A stretch of DNA of 63,236 bases, counting the filler, from Craspedostauros australis (Eukaryota): the NCBI GenBank assembly GCA_030167865.1. It is 8 parts of 8 records of this genome, joined end to end, with 100 filler letters (N's around TTAATTAATTAA, not from the genome) between each part and the next. Parts side by side here need not be neighbours in the genome. Positions count along the whole stretch, not along the records: positions 1 to 3,508 come from JALAGF010006670.1; positions 3,609 to 8,058 come from JALAGF010006671.1; positions 8,159 to 15,319 come from JALAGF010006672.1; 5 more parts are not named here. One strand, given 5' to 3'. Below, one piece after another: positions 1 through 11,283 of this stretch. Positions within the stretch are counted from its first letter, which is position 1; each line of letters starts with the position of its first letter. A model generated the notes under the pieces. That model was not told the DNA's origin. It worked only from the letters and a program-made list of their open reading frames with translations, and made no database searches. Both the position numbers and the translations under genes were made by a program.

Positions 1-1091
1 ACCATATCCATGGTGAGTTTTTTCCTTCCTTTGAAGGAAGCTTTCCTAGTGCACCTTCCTTCAAAGGAAGATCGGAGGGGTCAGAGGGCCCCAATTCTTC
101 CTTCAAAGGCAGGCCTGCCTTTAAAGGCAGAATTCCGGCCCCTCAGAGGGGGTCAAAATCACAAAAAAACAGACCCCAACGCAAACATGACACCCCACTG
201 CGTGGAAACAACACGGTTTTTGCGTTACGCGATACATACGGACGTTGCAACCGCAAATTTACTTCTGGTTCCTGTGCTTTACAGACTAGTGCCAAAATTG
301 CAGCGCACTCATGCAGCACTTGATGTGAGCACGAATAATACACCAATGCCTCTCCTTCGACACTAGCTGGTCTATACGTCTCCTATGCATGTGGAAGATC
401 GATAATGGTAATAGGAATGCATATATTTCTACTATGTTACTTTAGTACAGTTGCCTTCATGGTTGCTTTGCTACGTCTACGTGCAAGTCGACGTTCAGAC
501 TGACAGATGCGGGAGGACGTCCCTCCTCCACGTGTAGATGAGGTGGTTCCGATTCCTCTCCTCTGGTTGTGCTCGGCGTCGACCTCGGTCGTGTTTTGAT
601 CGATTTCAAGCAGCATGAGACGTCTTCCACATGTTACACTCGATTTCAAACAAATTTCATCGAGGCGTTGGAAAAAACTGCGAAATCACTCCATTATGTA
701 AAAATAGTCGTTTTGATGTCTGCAACGACAGTTCGTGGTATCCAGGTTCTGGGTTGGACAGTTGTGTCGGTTTCTGCGGCAATGAAAGTCATCGGTTTTG
801 GATGGCCAAGAACAAGAAACTTGGCTTGTTTGGAGTGAGCTTGCGTCATTGTTCATGTCCATTGCACATCATGGCAACAGGATGGGCAGAAGACGAAAAG
901 CCGTCAGCACAGCAACGACGAAAGCGACGACGACAGCGACGACGAAAGTGAAAATGAAAGCGACAATGACAGTGACCACAACAGCAAAGACAATGACAAC
1001 ATCAACATCAACAGCACAAAACCAAACTGAAAACCCCAGCCCCTCATCATCACATCCACATGCAGACGAGAAGCCAACCCCACAGAGTGAC

Positions 1092-2135
1092 GGATGCAGT
1101 CCGTGTCCATGCTCCACGACAGCATCACATCCACATCCAAATCGATTGAAGCATGCCGTCCGACTCCATGCTCCACGACAGCATCACATCCACAGCTACA
1201 GCCACTGTGATTGAAGCATGCCGTCCGAGTCCATGCTCGCCAACAGCATCACATCCACAGCTGCAGCCACTGCAACTGAAGCATGCCGTCCGAGTCCATG
1301 CTCCACGACAGCATCACATCCACAACCGCAACCACTGCAATTGAAGCATGCCGTCCGAGTCCATGCTCCACGACAGCATCACATCCACAGCTACAGCCGC
1401 ATCGATCCAAGCATGCCGTCCATGTCCATGCTCTCCAACAGCATCGCATTGACAACCACAGTCGCATCGATCCAATCATGCCGTCCATGTCCATGCTCTC
1501 CAACAGCATCGCATCGACAACCACTTCGATTGAAGCATGCCGTCCATGTCCATGCTCTCCAACAGCATCGCATCGGCAACCACAGTCGCATCGATCCAAT
1601 CATGCCGTCCATGTCCATGCTCTCCAACAGCATCGCATCGGCAACCACAGTCGCATCGATCCAATCATGCCGTCCATGTCCATGCTCTCCAACAGCATCG
1701 CATCGGCAACCACAGTCGCATCGATCCAATCATGCCGTCCATGTCCATGCTCTCCAACAGCATCGCATCGACAACCACATCCACTTCGATCCAATCATGC
1801 CGTCCATGTCCATGCTCTCCAACAGCATCGCATCGACAACCACATCCACTTCGATCCAANNNNNNNNNNNNNNNNNNNNNNNNNNNNNNNNNNNNNNNNN
1901 NNNNNNNNNNNNNNNNNNNNNNNNNNNNNNNNNNNNNNNNNNNNNNNNNNNNNNNNNNNNNNNNNNNNNNNNNNNNNNNNNNNNTCTCCAACAGCATCAC
2001 ATCGACAGCCACATCCACTTCGATCCAAGCATGCCGTCCATGTCCATGCTCTCCAACAGCATCACATCAACAACCACATCCACTTCGATTGAAGCATGCC
2101 GTCCATGTCCAAGCTCCACAATAGCATCCACATTG
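1092..2135. repeat. 65-bp tandem minisatellite, about 16 unit-lengths including an N gap at 1860-1984
   Basis: GCATGCCGTCC recurs at 1151, 1216, 1281 and onward (period 65); unit variants change from left to right. Confidence 0.95.
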
Positions 2136-3508
2136 ATAGGTGGCCATTCACTGAAATAGTGTATAGATTCATTTCAATGTAATATCATCTTCTTGTCATT
2201 TTTTAGCATGTTTTGTGATACCATTGTTTTCGGTTTTGTGTGACCGGTCTCACATTCTTGTTTTCCTTGGAGGTTGCCGTATAGTTGGAAATCACACCGA
2301 AAACTTCGGTATGCTCAAGAACCTGACGTATGCACGACAGACGACCAATGTCGACCTGAAGTCTACCCAAAGTTAGACTTCTGAAAACGCAGTCCCGAAT
2401 TCGATTAGCACGAAGGTGTACATCATACTTAGGCACGCACTTGACTGCACTGTTCCACGTTAAAAGCATACTTCAATCGCATGTTCCTCCACCGTAAAAT
2501 CACCTTAACTTCTCATTTTTGAGTGTGCTGGATGGCAAAGAACATCGATGGCCTCCTTCTCATTGCTACATTCACACTTCTTGCACCAGTTGACATCGTT
2601 GAGTGGAATAACACATAGGCCAATGATTGTGAGATGCCTGCTTCAAGGTTGGCTATTCGTCGAAAACAAGTAATCGAGACATCTTTGTGAATCATGGTAT
2701 CGATAGCATTGAAGATGTTTGCAATCAGAGTTCTATCTTCGAATGCTGGACATGTAAGGCACCACCCGAATCGGTCAGCATTGACCATGGTATTGAAGCT
2801 ACTACACATATGGAACACCTTGAGCTGCTTTCACTCTCTGACATTTGACAAGTGAGCTATTTCGGATGTTTGTCGCGGATATTCTCTGCACGTTTTCTCT
2901 TTGTTGCCACGCGGACGAGAGACCAGACTCTCCATACTACATACAATGGAGAAGGGGTGTTGTGACAGACATGCAATACCCTTGCTGCATGCGATCGCCT
3001 GGTGATGAATTGTCTTCCAAATCACAAGATACGCGAAGCACAGCGGGTTCCACTCTATCCCGATACCCCTTTTGTCTGGCGCAATCGTTGGCTGTGGTCG
3101 CAACAGTTCGTGGCGGTCGCTGGTTCATAGGCACACTACATGTTCGTAGATTCCCTGTGGCTTCGACATTGCCGATGTGAGATTGCACGACTACATGGCC
3201 GCACGGGAAAGGCGTCTGAACAGGTCTTGTTGCTAACACACACCACATCACACGTAACAGGCAAAACAAGCGCACCACGTTGTAGTGCCGAACAAACATG
3301 TTCGTCACTAAATCTGTTCCTTGCTGATGATCATTATGTGTGGGCATTGATGATAGCGGAGATACGCGCAATGGAAACAATTGTTGTCACAAGCACCTGT
3401 TGTGACCATGACAAATGTCTCGTGGTCGTACATCTGCGAACAAAATTCCAACTTAGTACGTCAATGTACAGAAAGACGGTCATTCTTCGCCGACAGAAGT
3501 TCGCACAG

Positions 3509-3608
3509 NNNNNNNNNNNNNNNNNNNNNNNNNNNNNNNNNNNNNNNNNNNNTTAATTAATTAANNNNNNNNNNNNNNNNNNNNNNNNNNNNNNNNNNNN
3601 NNNNNNNN
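3509..3608. other. Artificial contig linker (44N-TTAATTAATTAA-44N)
   Basis: Six-frame-stop spacer; the identical 100-bp structure occurs 7 times in the window. Confidence 0.97.
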
Positions 3609-4339
3609 GCAGTCTCAACATGCTGGCACGTCACGAGCTACCATCAGCGAGTTTAGAACTGTGTTGTATTCGCCTGCTCCCTTGCTGCCATCTCCTGTAC
3701 CTGCCATCAGGCCATCGGGAACGGTGTCAACTAACGCAACGAGCGGCACTTGGAGCGCGCGACTTTTGAATACCTATTGCACCATTCCGACCACCGTGTC
3801 TTGCAGCTTGCATATAATCTGACATCCTTGCAATCTCGCCACGCCATTATGTAAAGTAAACATGCCTATGATCGCATTCAATTTTGCGTCAATAACAAGC
3901 AATCAAAGGCCTTCTGTGCCTTTCTGAGGGTGGCGTAACAAAGGAAGACTTGTATGATGTCAATATCGGAGTAGTTGTTGACAATAGTATGGGACAGTAG
4001 CCCTGTGGTGCAATCTGAACGAATGGGCGACCACTTCACCATCAAACTATATGTAGCACAGTCGCTCTCGAAGAGCGATTGGCAATACCTCGGGATCGCC
4101 ACCATGGTTCAAGCGAATGAATATACTCTTTCGAGTATAGTACTCTGCCAAAGTTGACGTACGTGCACGATCTATCCGAGGCGAGCCTCAGTGTTGCTGT
4201 TCCCCATTGTGGTATTACTGTTTGCGTCATCGAATAGATCGTACACACTCTACGCACTCTGACATCAACTTCGCTTTCCTTTTGTTCAGCCAACACCTTC
4301 CTGACTGAACCTCTCCAGAATGAAAGCGACTGGAATGAT

Positions 4340-4505
4340 GGAAATCGTGTGAGGGTGCAATCAGTTAGAGTTCTTTGGGTATACTACATGATCTACTCGA
4401 CTCAGTAGCTGTCCACTCGAGAGTATTCTATTCGGCTTTATTTTGAAGAAGTCTATTATAGTTTGCTGTGTGTGACCGAGGACGTCATGAATGTATTGGG
4501 GCCAA
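4340..4505 (-). pseudogene. Degenerate coding fragment, possibly glycosyltransferase family 61-like; paralogous to 7130-7290
   Basis: IIDFFKIKPNRILSSGQLLSRVDHVVYPKNSN vs LLDFYKMRPDRVLSSGQLLSRVDHVVYPKSSN; the family guess is by eye only. Confidence 0.3.
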
Positions 4506-5722
4506 TTCGTGGAGTCCGAGAATTTGTGGCGAGGCGCTTCTTGATGCAAAATTGGCGATCCATCTCAGTGCCTGATGCGATCTGGCGAGGACACGAAGTC
4601 GCTCAATTTCTTTGTTTGCACCACACGCGTGTGCCAAAGACCGATTTCTTTCTCACCGTTCCCAGAGCCCGTATTGCAAGAGTCTACTACTCCATCCGCT
4701 GCCTGCCGGAACAAGCATCGAGTGTCCGGCGATCAACAGCACTCAGGATGCTTCTCTTCAAACATGTGTGTACTTAGTGACGCAAGCAAGGATGCGATTA
4801 TGAGCAGGTGTGAGTCGTCCCCTCCACTCCGTTCAGATCGCTTGTAATGCGTTGCTTGTGGAGATATTTCATGATGTACTCTACTATCTGTAGTCTGTAG
4901 AATGCGTACTGTAGAATGCATACTATGGAAGACCGTCTAGAAGCTCAGAGTCCTCTGAAGAAAAGGCAATGCTGGCGAGGCGCTCCCAACCAGTAAAGTA
5001 CGCGTAGAGAATGCAACAAGCAGCTTGTTGCGTCAGCACACGAGTGGACGGAGACGGCAGTACGGTGCGGGCATGGTACAGATTGGATGCATGAACACAA
5101 GGAAGCACAAACGACCTCGGGTCGTGCAAAATCTGTTTCGCTCCCTGATGTGGCGCTGATGATGCGATGTGGATGGTACAACGGGCAATGAATAGAACAA
5201 GAAGAGGGGAAGCATAGATCTGGGGACGGTTGTTGGTATTATATCATACTTGCTTGGTTTTTGGCATGCTTTCTGGAATCTGAACGGCTGTGATTTGCAT
5301 CAACACTCGTCCAACACCACGTACCACGCAGTGCGCGATATGACCATGCAGTCTCTGCCATCAGCATCGCTACAATGCAATCCGCAGATGCACGTGATGG
5401 TCCTTCTCACCACGCTGATTCGAATATATCTGGTCCGGTTCACAAGAGGGCGAATGCTGCATTCTCGCTCACACCATGGCAAGTGGCATTAAGCAACATG
5501 TTGTATCATCGAAATAGGGGCTGGAGCAAGGCGGCCGTTGGATTCATCCTCACTTAATGATGCAATTCTAAATACGANCATNCNNAGNACTCGATGATAT
5601 CTTGCAGCCGCCGTACCGATCCCTGAGGAGAAGATGAATTGTACACAAGTGTTTTGATGCAGAGGCAAGATGCGATCATGGATGTGTGTCGACGGGCACA
5701 CAAGAAATTGGAATGTGAGCGT

Positions 5723-5764
5723 GGATGGATGGATGCGTGCAGGGATGGATGGATGGATGGATGG
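5723..5764. repeat. Interrupted (GGAT)n microsatellite
   Basis: Direct inspection. Confidence 0.85.
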
Positions 5765-7129
5765 AGATGCAGCAACACTTCACGGTGCTTCCATCCATGC
5801 AGCCCATGAAAGGTGGCAGACGAGCTCAAACTTTCCATGAGGCTGCTGGCGGATTCAACCACGAAAGCATCGCTGACGATTGCATGATATAATACACCAC
5901 TCATCAGCTGGTGTTTGTCGGTTGTTCCCCACGCACATCTGGGCGCTCGGGCGACATCATCCCTTGATCAATGACAGCACGAAGTTAGACAACGTCGGCC
6001 CAATGCAACATGAGTACATTCAGATTGAGAGGAATGCAGAGGCATCCGCGAACAGGACCGTGGGATTTGATCTGCATCGAGCAACTCCACCATGGACAGC
6101 CACGATGGCGATGCTGAGAGAATCGGTGGATGCAAGAACAGGCCAATGAGCAGGCCAACGTATCGGTGAAATGGCGCCAAGCTCTCCAACAAGGCGCGCG
6201 GCCTCTCGAAACACCTCCTCTCTTGATCACGGTCACTCATCTCTACGCTGATAATGCTGCCTTCGTCCAACCGCTAATGCAGCAGAGAAGCAGGATCGTG
6301 GTCTGCGTGAACCAACAAATGGTCGGTCGAATCTCCCAGTATTGGATGGGTGTGGAAATGTTCTATTCTATGTACCAACGTGGCGCCAAAATAGTGAGAC
6401 GGTCAACTGAGAGCGCAGCACAAGGTGAGTGGGGATACGAAGAGAATACAAGCTGCAGTCCATGGCGATTGTGGGAGGGCAAGGTATCGATGGCGGTGGA
6501 ACCTCAGCATGGGGCAGAGTATCCAAGCGCCGCAGCATGACCCCAAAAGCAACAACCGTAGATGACGACAGATCGGGGCAAGCAATCGAAGCTTCTGCTC
6601 GTTTCTGGAGCAGACGATGATTGCCTTCTTCTTTGCCTCCACACCTGCCCGTCCCACCACCTTGTGTAATGCCGTATTGCTTGCCGTTGAGTTCGATGGA
6701 CACGGTCACTGGTGGATGCTGTGGTGGTGGCGGCATCATGTTTATCAACACACCACCATCGTCATGCAAGAACGATTGCCCACGAGATCTGTCGGGTGTT
6801 CGTCTGTCATGAATGGAGACTGTGGTGGTGGAGCCCTGCCAAGGAGGTCTGATTTGTGCGACCATGAGAATCAAAACGTCGTTCGAGTTTGGCTTCAGTC
6901 GAGTCCCATGAAGGTGAGAGAGGGCAGAAACGGCTGCTTGCTTGCTGCACAGAGATGGCGAAAGAAAGAGTTTGGGCGAAAATAGGTAAGGCAGGAGCAC
7001 AAACGAAGATGTTCCATTGACTTCATGGTCCTGTGCCGGCTCCGTCATGGAAATACTTTGTGGTGGGCACTAACCAAAGCAAAGCCAAAGCCAAAGAAGA
7101 CGCAAGAGAATGGGAGCGACTGTAACGGT

Positions 7130-7290
7130 GAAAATCGTGTGAGGGTGCAACCAGTTAGAGCTCTTTGGGTATACTACATGATCTACTCGACTCAGTAGCT
7201 GTCCACTGGAGAGTACTCTATCCGGCCTCATTTTGTAGAAGTCTAATAGTTTGCTGTGTGTGGTCGAGGTTGTGATGAATGTAATGGGCC
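7130..7290 (-). pseudogene. Second copy of the 4340-4505 fragment, truncated by an LTR-like repeat at 7291
   Basis: High nucleotide identity to 4340-4505 with a 2-bp indel; similarity stops at TGTTGGGAAT (7291). Confidence 0.4.
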
Positions 7291-7620
7291 TGTTGGGAAT
7301 CGAGAGTACAACTTTGTCAAGGTACACATGGTTGCCGCACCCCCCAATAGTATCAACCACGACTGAACTGAATCGACTCTTGGTGATCATGTCAGGAATC
7401 GTGTGTTATGAAACACCAAAATACCGCGACTCCCACATGTGAGGAGTCAAGCATCATAAAACGCTACATTCCCCCACCTCTCCCTTGGATCTTTGTCACA
7501 CCAAAATTGTGAGCTGCACGTGTTTTGATGTGAAGAACGCCATGTGCCGAATGCGAACCAGATCGTGACATTCATGACCTCGATGCAGGAATGGGAGTCA
7601 CACGCGAATGCCACAGGGAA
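7291..7620 (-). mobile_element. Dispersed repeat, probable LTR 3' portion (same family as 60076-60500)
   Basis: Reverse complement aligns with 60076-60500 (GGTTCGCATTCGGCAC, ACGTGCAGCTCACA, GGTGCGGCAA) and ends in ...TTCCCAACA. Confidence 0.65.
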
Positions 7621-8058
7621 CGGCGATGTTGGATTCGTGACCAGCATCACAATACATGCGACTACGGCCCCCATGTCGCAACAAACAAGAAAAGAGTATT
7701 TGAGACAGGCCGGTGTCACGAAGTGTGAGATGTCTTGTGAACGAGTCCCTGACGACGAACTGGTGAATGATCGGAGAGGATCGGAGATTGTCTTAGGATG
7801 AGTAGTTGCAGGAGCAATTGTCCAAGCTGTTCTTGTGAAACATGAAGACTGTGATCCGATCGAATGGAATGAGTCAGGTCACACCTGTGATTCAGCGATG
7901 CCTATGCTAACACAACTATTTGAGGCAAGACAACGTGATGAGTGCATGGGCATGGGCAACTTGGTAGTGCATGCATGTGCATGATGAATTTGAGATGAAT
8001 GCAAGATGGATGTATGCTTGACTAGTAGATGGACCCATGGAGATCTCAGGAGGAGATC

Positions 8059-8158
8059 NNNNNNNNNNNNNNNNNNNNNNNNNNNNNNNNNNNNNNNNNN
8101 NNTTAATTAATTAANNNNNNNNNNNNNNNNNNNNNNNNNNNNNNNNNNNNNNNNNNNN
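8059..8158. other. Artificial contig linker
   Basis: 44N-TTAATTAATTAA-44N. Confidence 0.97.
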
Positions 8159-8520
8159 GCGAGTCGAATTTCTCGAAAAAAGAGGCCAGATCCTACCGGA
8201 CTCCTGTAGAATTCTACTTGTAGCCAAACATCGCCAAACAAAGCCCGGTCCGTCCGTCGTCCGAAGGCAAAACCACACCAAGGGGGTCAACAAACACAAA
8301 AAGATCGACTAGATAGTAGTAACAACAAGATAATGCTATTGCTTGCCTGGATAGCCCTGAGTCTTAAGTTTAGGTAGATGCAAAGAGATATTCGATTGAG
8401 TGTCTATAACTTTAAGTCTGAGTTTGGGAAAAANGGGTCCAAAATCTGTAGCCAATCATCGCCAAACATCGCCAAACATCGCCAAACATCGCCAAACATT
8501 TGGGTCCGGCTCTTTGAGGC
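8159..8520. mobile_element. End of a DNA transposon with subterminal (GCCAAACATC)n repeats, abutting ACTAGT
   Basis: 8506-8520 CCGGCTCTTTGAGGC is the reverse complement (14/15) of 51782-51796; 10-bp tandem repeats at 8452-8500; it interrupts a coding exon. Confidence 0.7.
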
Positions 8521-8521
8521 A

Positions 8522-10759
8522 CTAGTGGTCGCCTTGGAGCTGGACCAGATGGTCGTTCGCAATTCCTTCAAATGGTTCCACACCGATCCGCACTTCCACG
8601 ATGATCGCGTGGAGTGGTGGTACGGGGATGCGACCAAGTCGCTGATGCTGTTGCCCAAGGAGTATCTGAACTCCTTCGATTACGTCATGGTGGATGTGTC
8701 CGAGACGGGAGAAAGTATCGACGTCATCGACCACCTGGACATCTTCAATGCCATGTCCCTGCTGGTCAAGCCGGATGGGATCATGGTGAAGAACGAACCA
8801 TACTTCGACAAGATGTCCCAGTCGTTTGACTACGCTGTCGACGTCCACTTTTACCACAATCCGCTGATCTGTGACCAATCCATGATCCTGGGCAGCAATC
8901 ACATCGACTTCTTCCACCACGACGACCTGACGGATCATGGAGTGGAAAATCTATTCCTGCCAGAAATCGAGGACTATCCGCACCCGTACATGCTGTGGCG
9001 CGACTACAAGAACACCGATCCCAACCAGGACGGTTCATGCCACAAGCTCGAGAAGGCCATCCAGCACCAAAAAGAAGATGATGGTGCGCGAAAGGGAAAG
9101 AGCGAAGGCGTGGCGATGATCGTCGAGGTGGAGCATTGCACCATCCCCATGAAGGATGTGGAATCCATCGTCGTCGCAACATTGAAGTCGCTGGGGTACA
9201 CATCCATCCTGTCCGATGACAACACGGAAGACGGGTTCGACGTCATCGTCATGACAGCTCAGGGGTACGTCGTCGCGCGTCGTTGGCCGAAATACAACTA
9301 TGTGGCGTTGGATATCCACATCTGGAGTCGATTCGAAAGGCTGGACGACACACGTGCGGCGTTGGTGAAGGCGTTGGGCGGAGGAAACGATGTGAAGATG
9401 GGATCGGTGTCATCGTTCCGCGTTGTGACATCCGGCATGTACGGAAACAGTTCGTGGGAAGAAGACAGAAAGCTGACCGGGCCTGATCTGGCCAAGCACA
9501 CGCGCAAGTGCCACGGTGTCATGAACGTCACAGGAGACATCGATGCTGATGGCGATAACAGCAACCGAAAAGAAGACCCTGAATCACCATCGTCGGCGGC
9601 AGCATTGGAAGAAGCTGTTGATGCCGTCGTCGTCAAGACAGCACTGGATGCCGTGATGAATAACATGGCAACCAAAGACTCGGCTGTGCTCGTGTTCTGC
9701 GGGCTTCAAGATCAGCCTTGTGCAGCAGAAGTCGCCCTGAGACATAATGAGCATGTGGCACAAGTCATTCCCATCCACATGTGCGCCAAGATGAGCCAGA
9801 TTGGGGAGAAACTGACCGACGATGACGACCTGCTCGTGATAAACAAGTGCCGTCAGCAAACGGTGCTTCGTCTGCACGAACTTCTTGGAGGAGAGAACAG
9901 AATTGTCGTCGATGCCGTGATACTGGACGGAGATGCGCCGCATGCGATGGCTCGGCTCTTCTACAGCATGTGGACATTCCGACAGAGCATGGTCCAGATC
10001 CCGACCATCCATCTGCTGGTCTCGATGAGACCCAACTCCAACCGCACCCCTTGGCGACGCAACGTGATCTCAGAGCTGCTCGACAAGCTGGAGGTGGACC
10101 CCCTCACGCATTCCGCGCTGTCGATCAAACCCAAAGGCTCTTCCCGCCAAGGTGATGCGTACGAATTCCACATTCTCAGCGTCGACGTAGACGACGCATT
10201 TCAGAGGCTGCGGCATGTCGAAGAGCGCATCCTGCTCGAGCACGGCAGCGCCGTCGATGTAATCCCAGAAGGTCTGAAAGGCGGGATATTGAGGTACCTC
10301 GACATGGACGAATTCGACCCAGTGAGCTTCAGTCGCGATGATTACGACCTCAGCGCCGCCAAGCAGCAGCTGCGAGGTCAGCTTTCCCTCGGGCGCCAAT
10401 CCATCTTCCAGCTCGAGTGCGCCGATGAAGGCAAAGACTCGAGCCCGAGCATCGAAGCGATACTGATGGGGTCCCTTGCAGCCTCCAACCTCTCGCCGAG
10501 ACGGATCCGAACATACTACGACAGGGGCGAAGGCACGATAGTCGTGGCCAGGTGCGCGGGAGGACATGCCATCGGCATGTGGGATGGTCGCAATCACATT
10601 ACAATCAACCTCTTCCAGTTTGATCAGAGGCGGTCCCAGGCCGACATTTGCCTCAATGCATGCTTGGAGATGGCGGGAGATGGCTGGCAGAAGCAGCTGC
10701 GAGACGACATGCCCCGTGGCATTCGCAAGGTCATCAACTTCGCTGCAGAACTCGTATAG
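8522..10759 (+). pseudogene. 5'-disrupted aminopropyltransferase/inactive AdoMetDC fusion (paralogue of 11284-15319)
   Basis: Open frame from LVVALELDQ to the stop, colinear with the downstream gene (WFHTDPHFHDDRVEWW, GDATKS, FDYVMVDVSE); the GGGD motif and SET region are missing and transposon sequence lies immediately upstream. Confidence 0.8.
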
Positions 10760-11283
10760 GCTGTGATAAGAAAATAGAGTGGAGTAGTCGGACAATATAG
10801 TAGTTCCTACCCAAGTGAGCAGATGTATCGACCAAGTCGAAGCATCGAAGTTGTGCTCTGCTACGGGATGGTACCTCTGTTCGCACAGGAACAATTGAAC
10901 CTGCCTCTCTACCTTCAATCAATAGACTGTTCCGAGTTCAAAACTAGATAAATTTATACAATTTACCGCAACTTTTACATTGTCACATAACGCCCCTAGT
11001 CACATGTTAAATTAATCGCATATGGCCGTTGGGTTGACAAACACACACGCTTGTCTCATCACATTTCTGTTCCTGAGATTTCCGACAAAAGCAACACACC
11101 ACAATGACATGCAACACAATACAACACGACGTCAATGATTGCAAACGAACTCCTGAACAGTCAACAAGAACAGCTCATGCTCAATCATCACAAGTTCGAC
11201 ATTGGGTACTCTCATCCTTTCTTTTCACAAGTGACGAAAGCAACAAGAGGAAAGGAAGACAACAAAACCAAAGGAACACCACG

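Noticed and set aside
1153..2159. 313-aa and other ORFs in the 65-bp repeat as genes
   Set aside because: All frames give the same permuted peptide, which is a minisatellite artefact
2203..3508. Short ORFs as a gene or transposase remnant
   Set aside because: No recognisable motif in any frame I read
3553..3564. TTAATTAATTAA as a piggyBac target or regulatory motif
   Set aside because: It is embedded in 44 Ns on each side, identically seven times, so it is a synthetic spacer
5860..7050. ORFs 6130-6540 and 6368-7048
   Set aside because: Possibly decayed coding sequence, but no family signature or consistent frame
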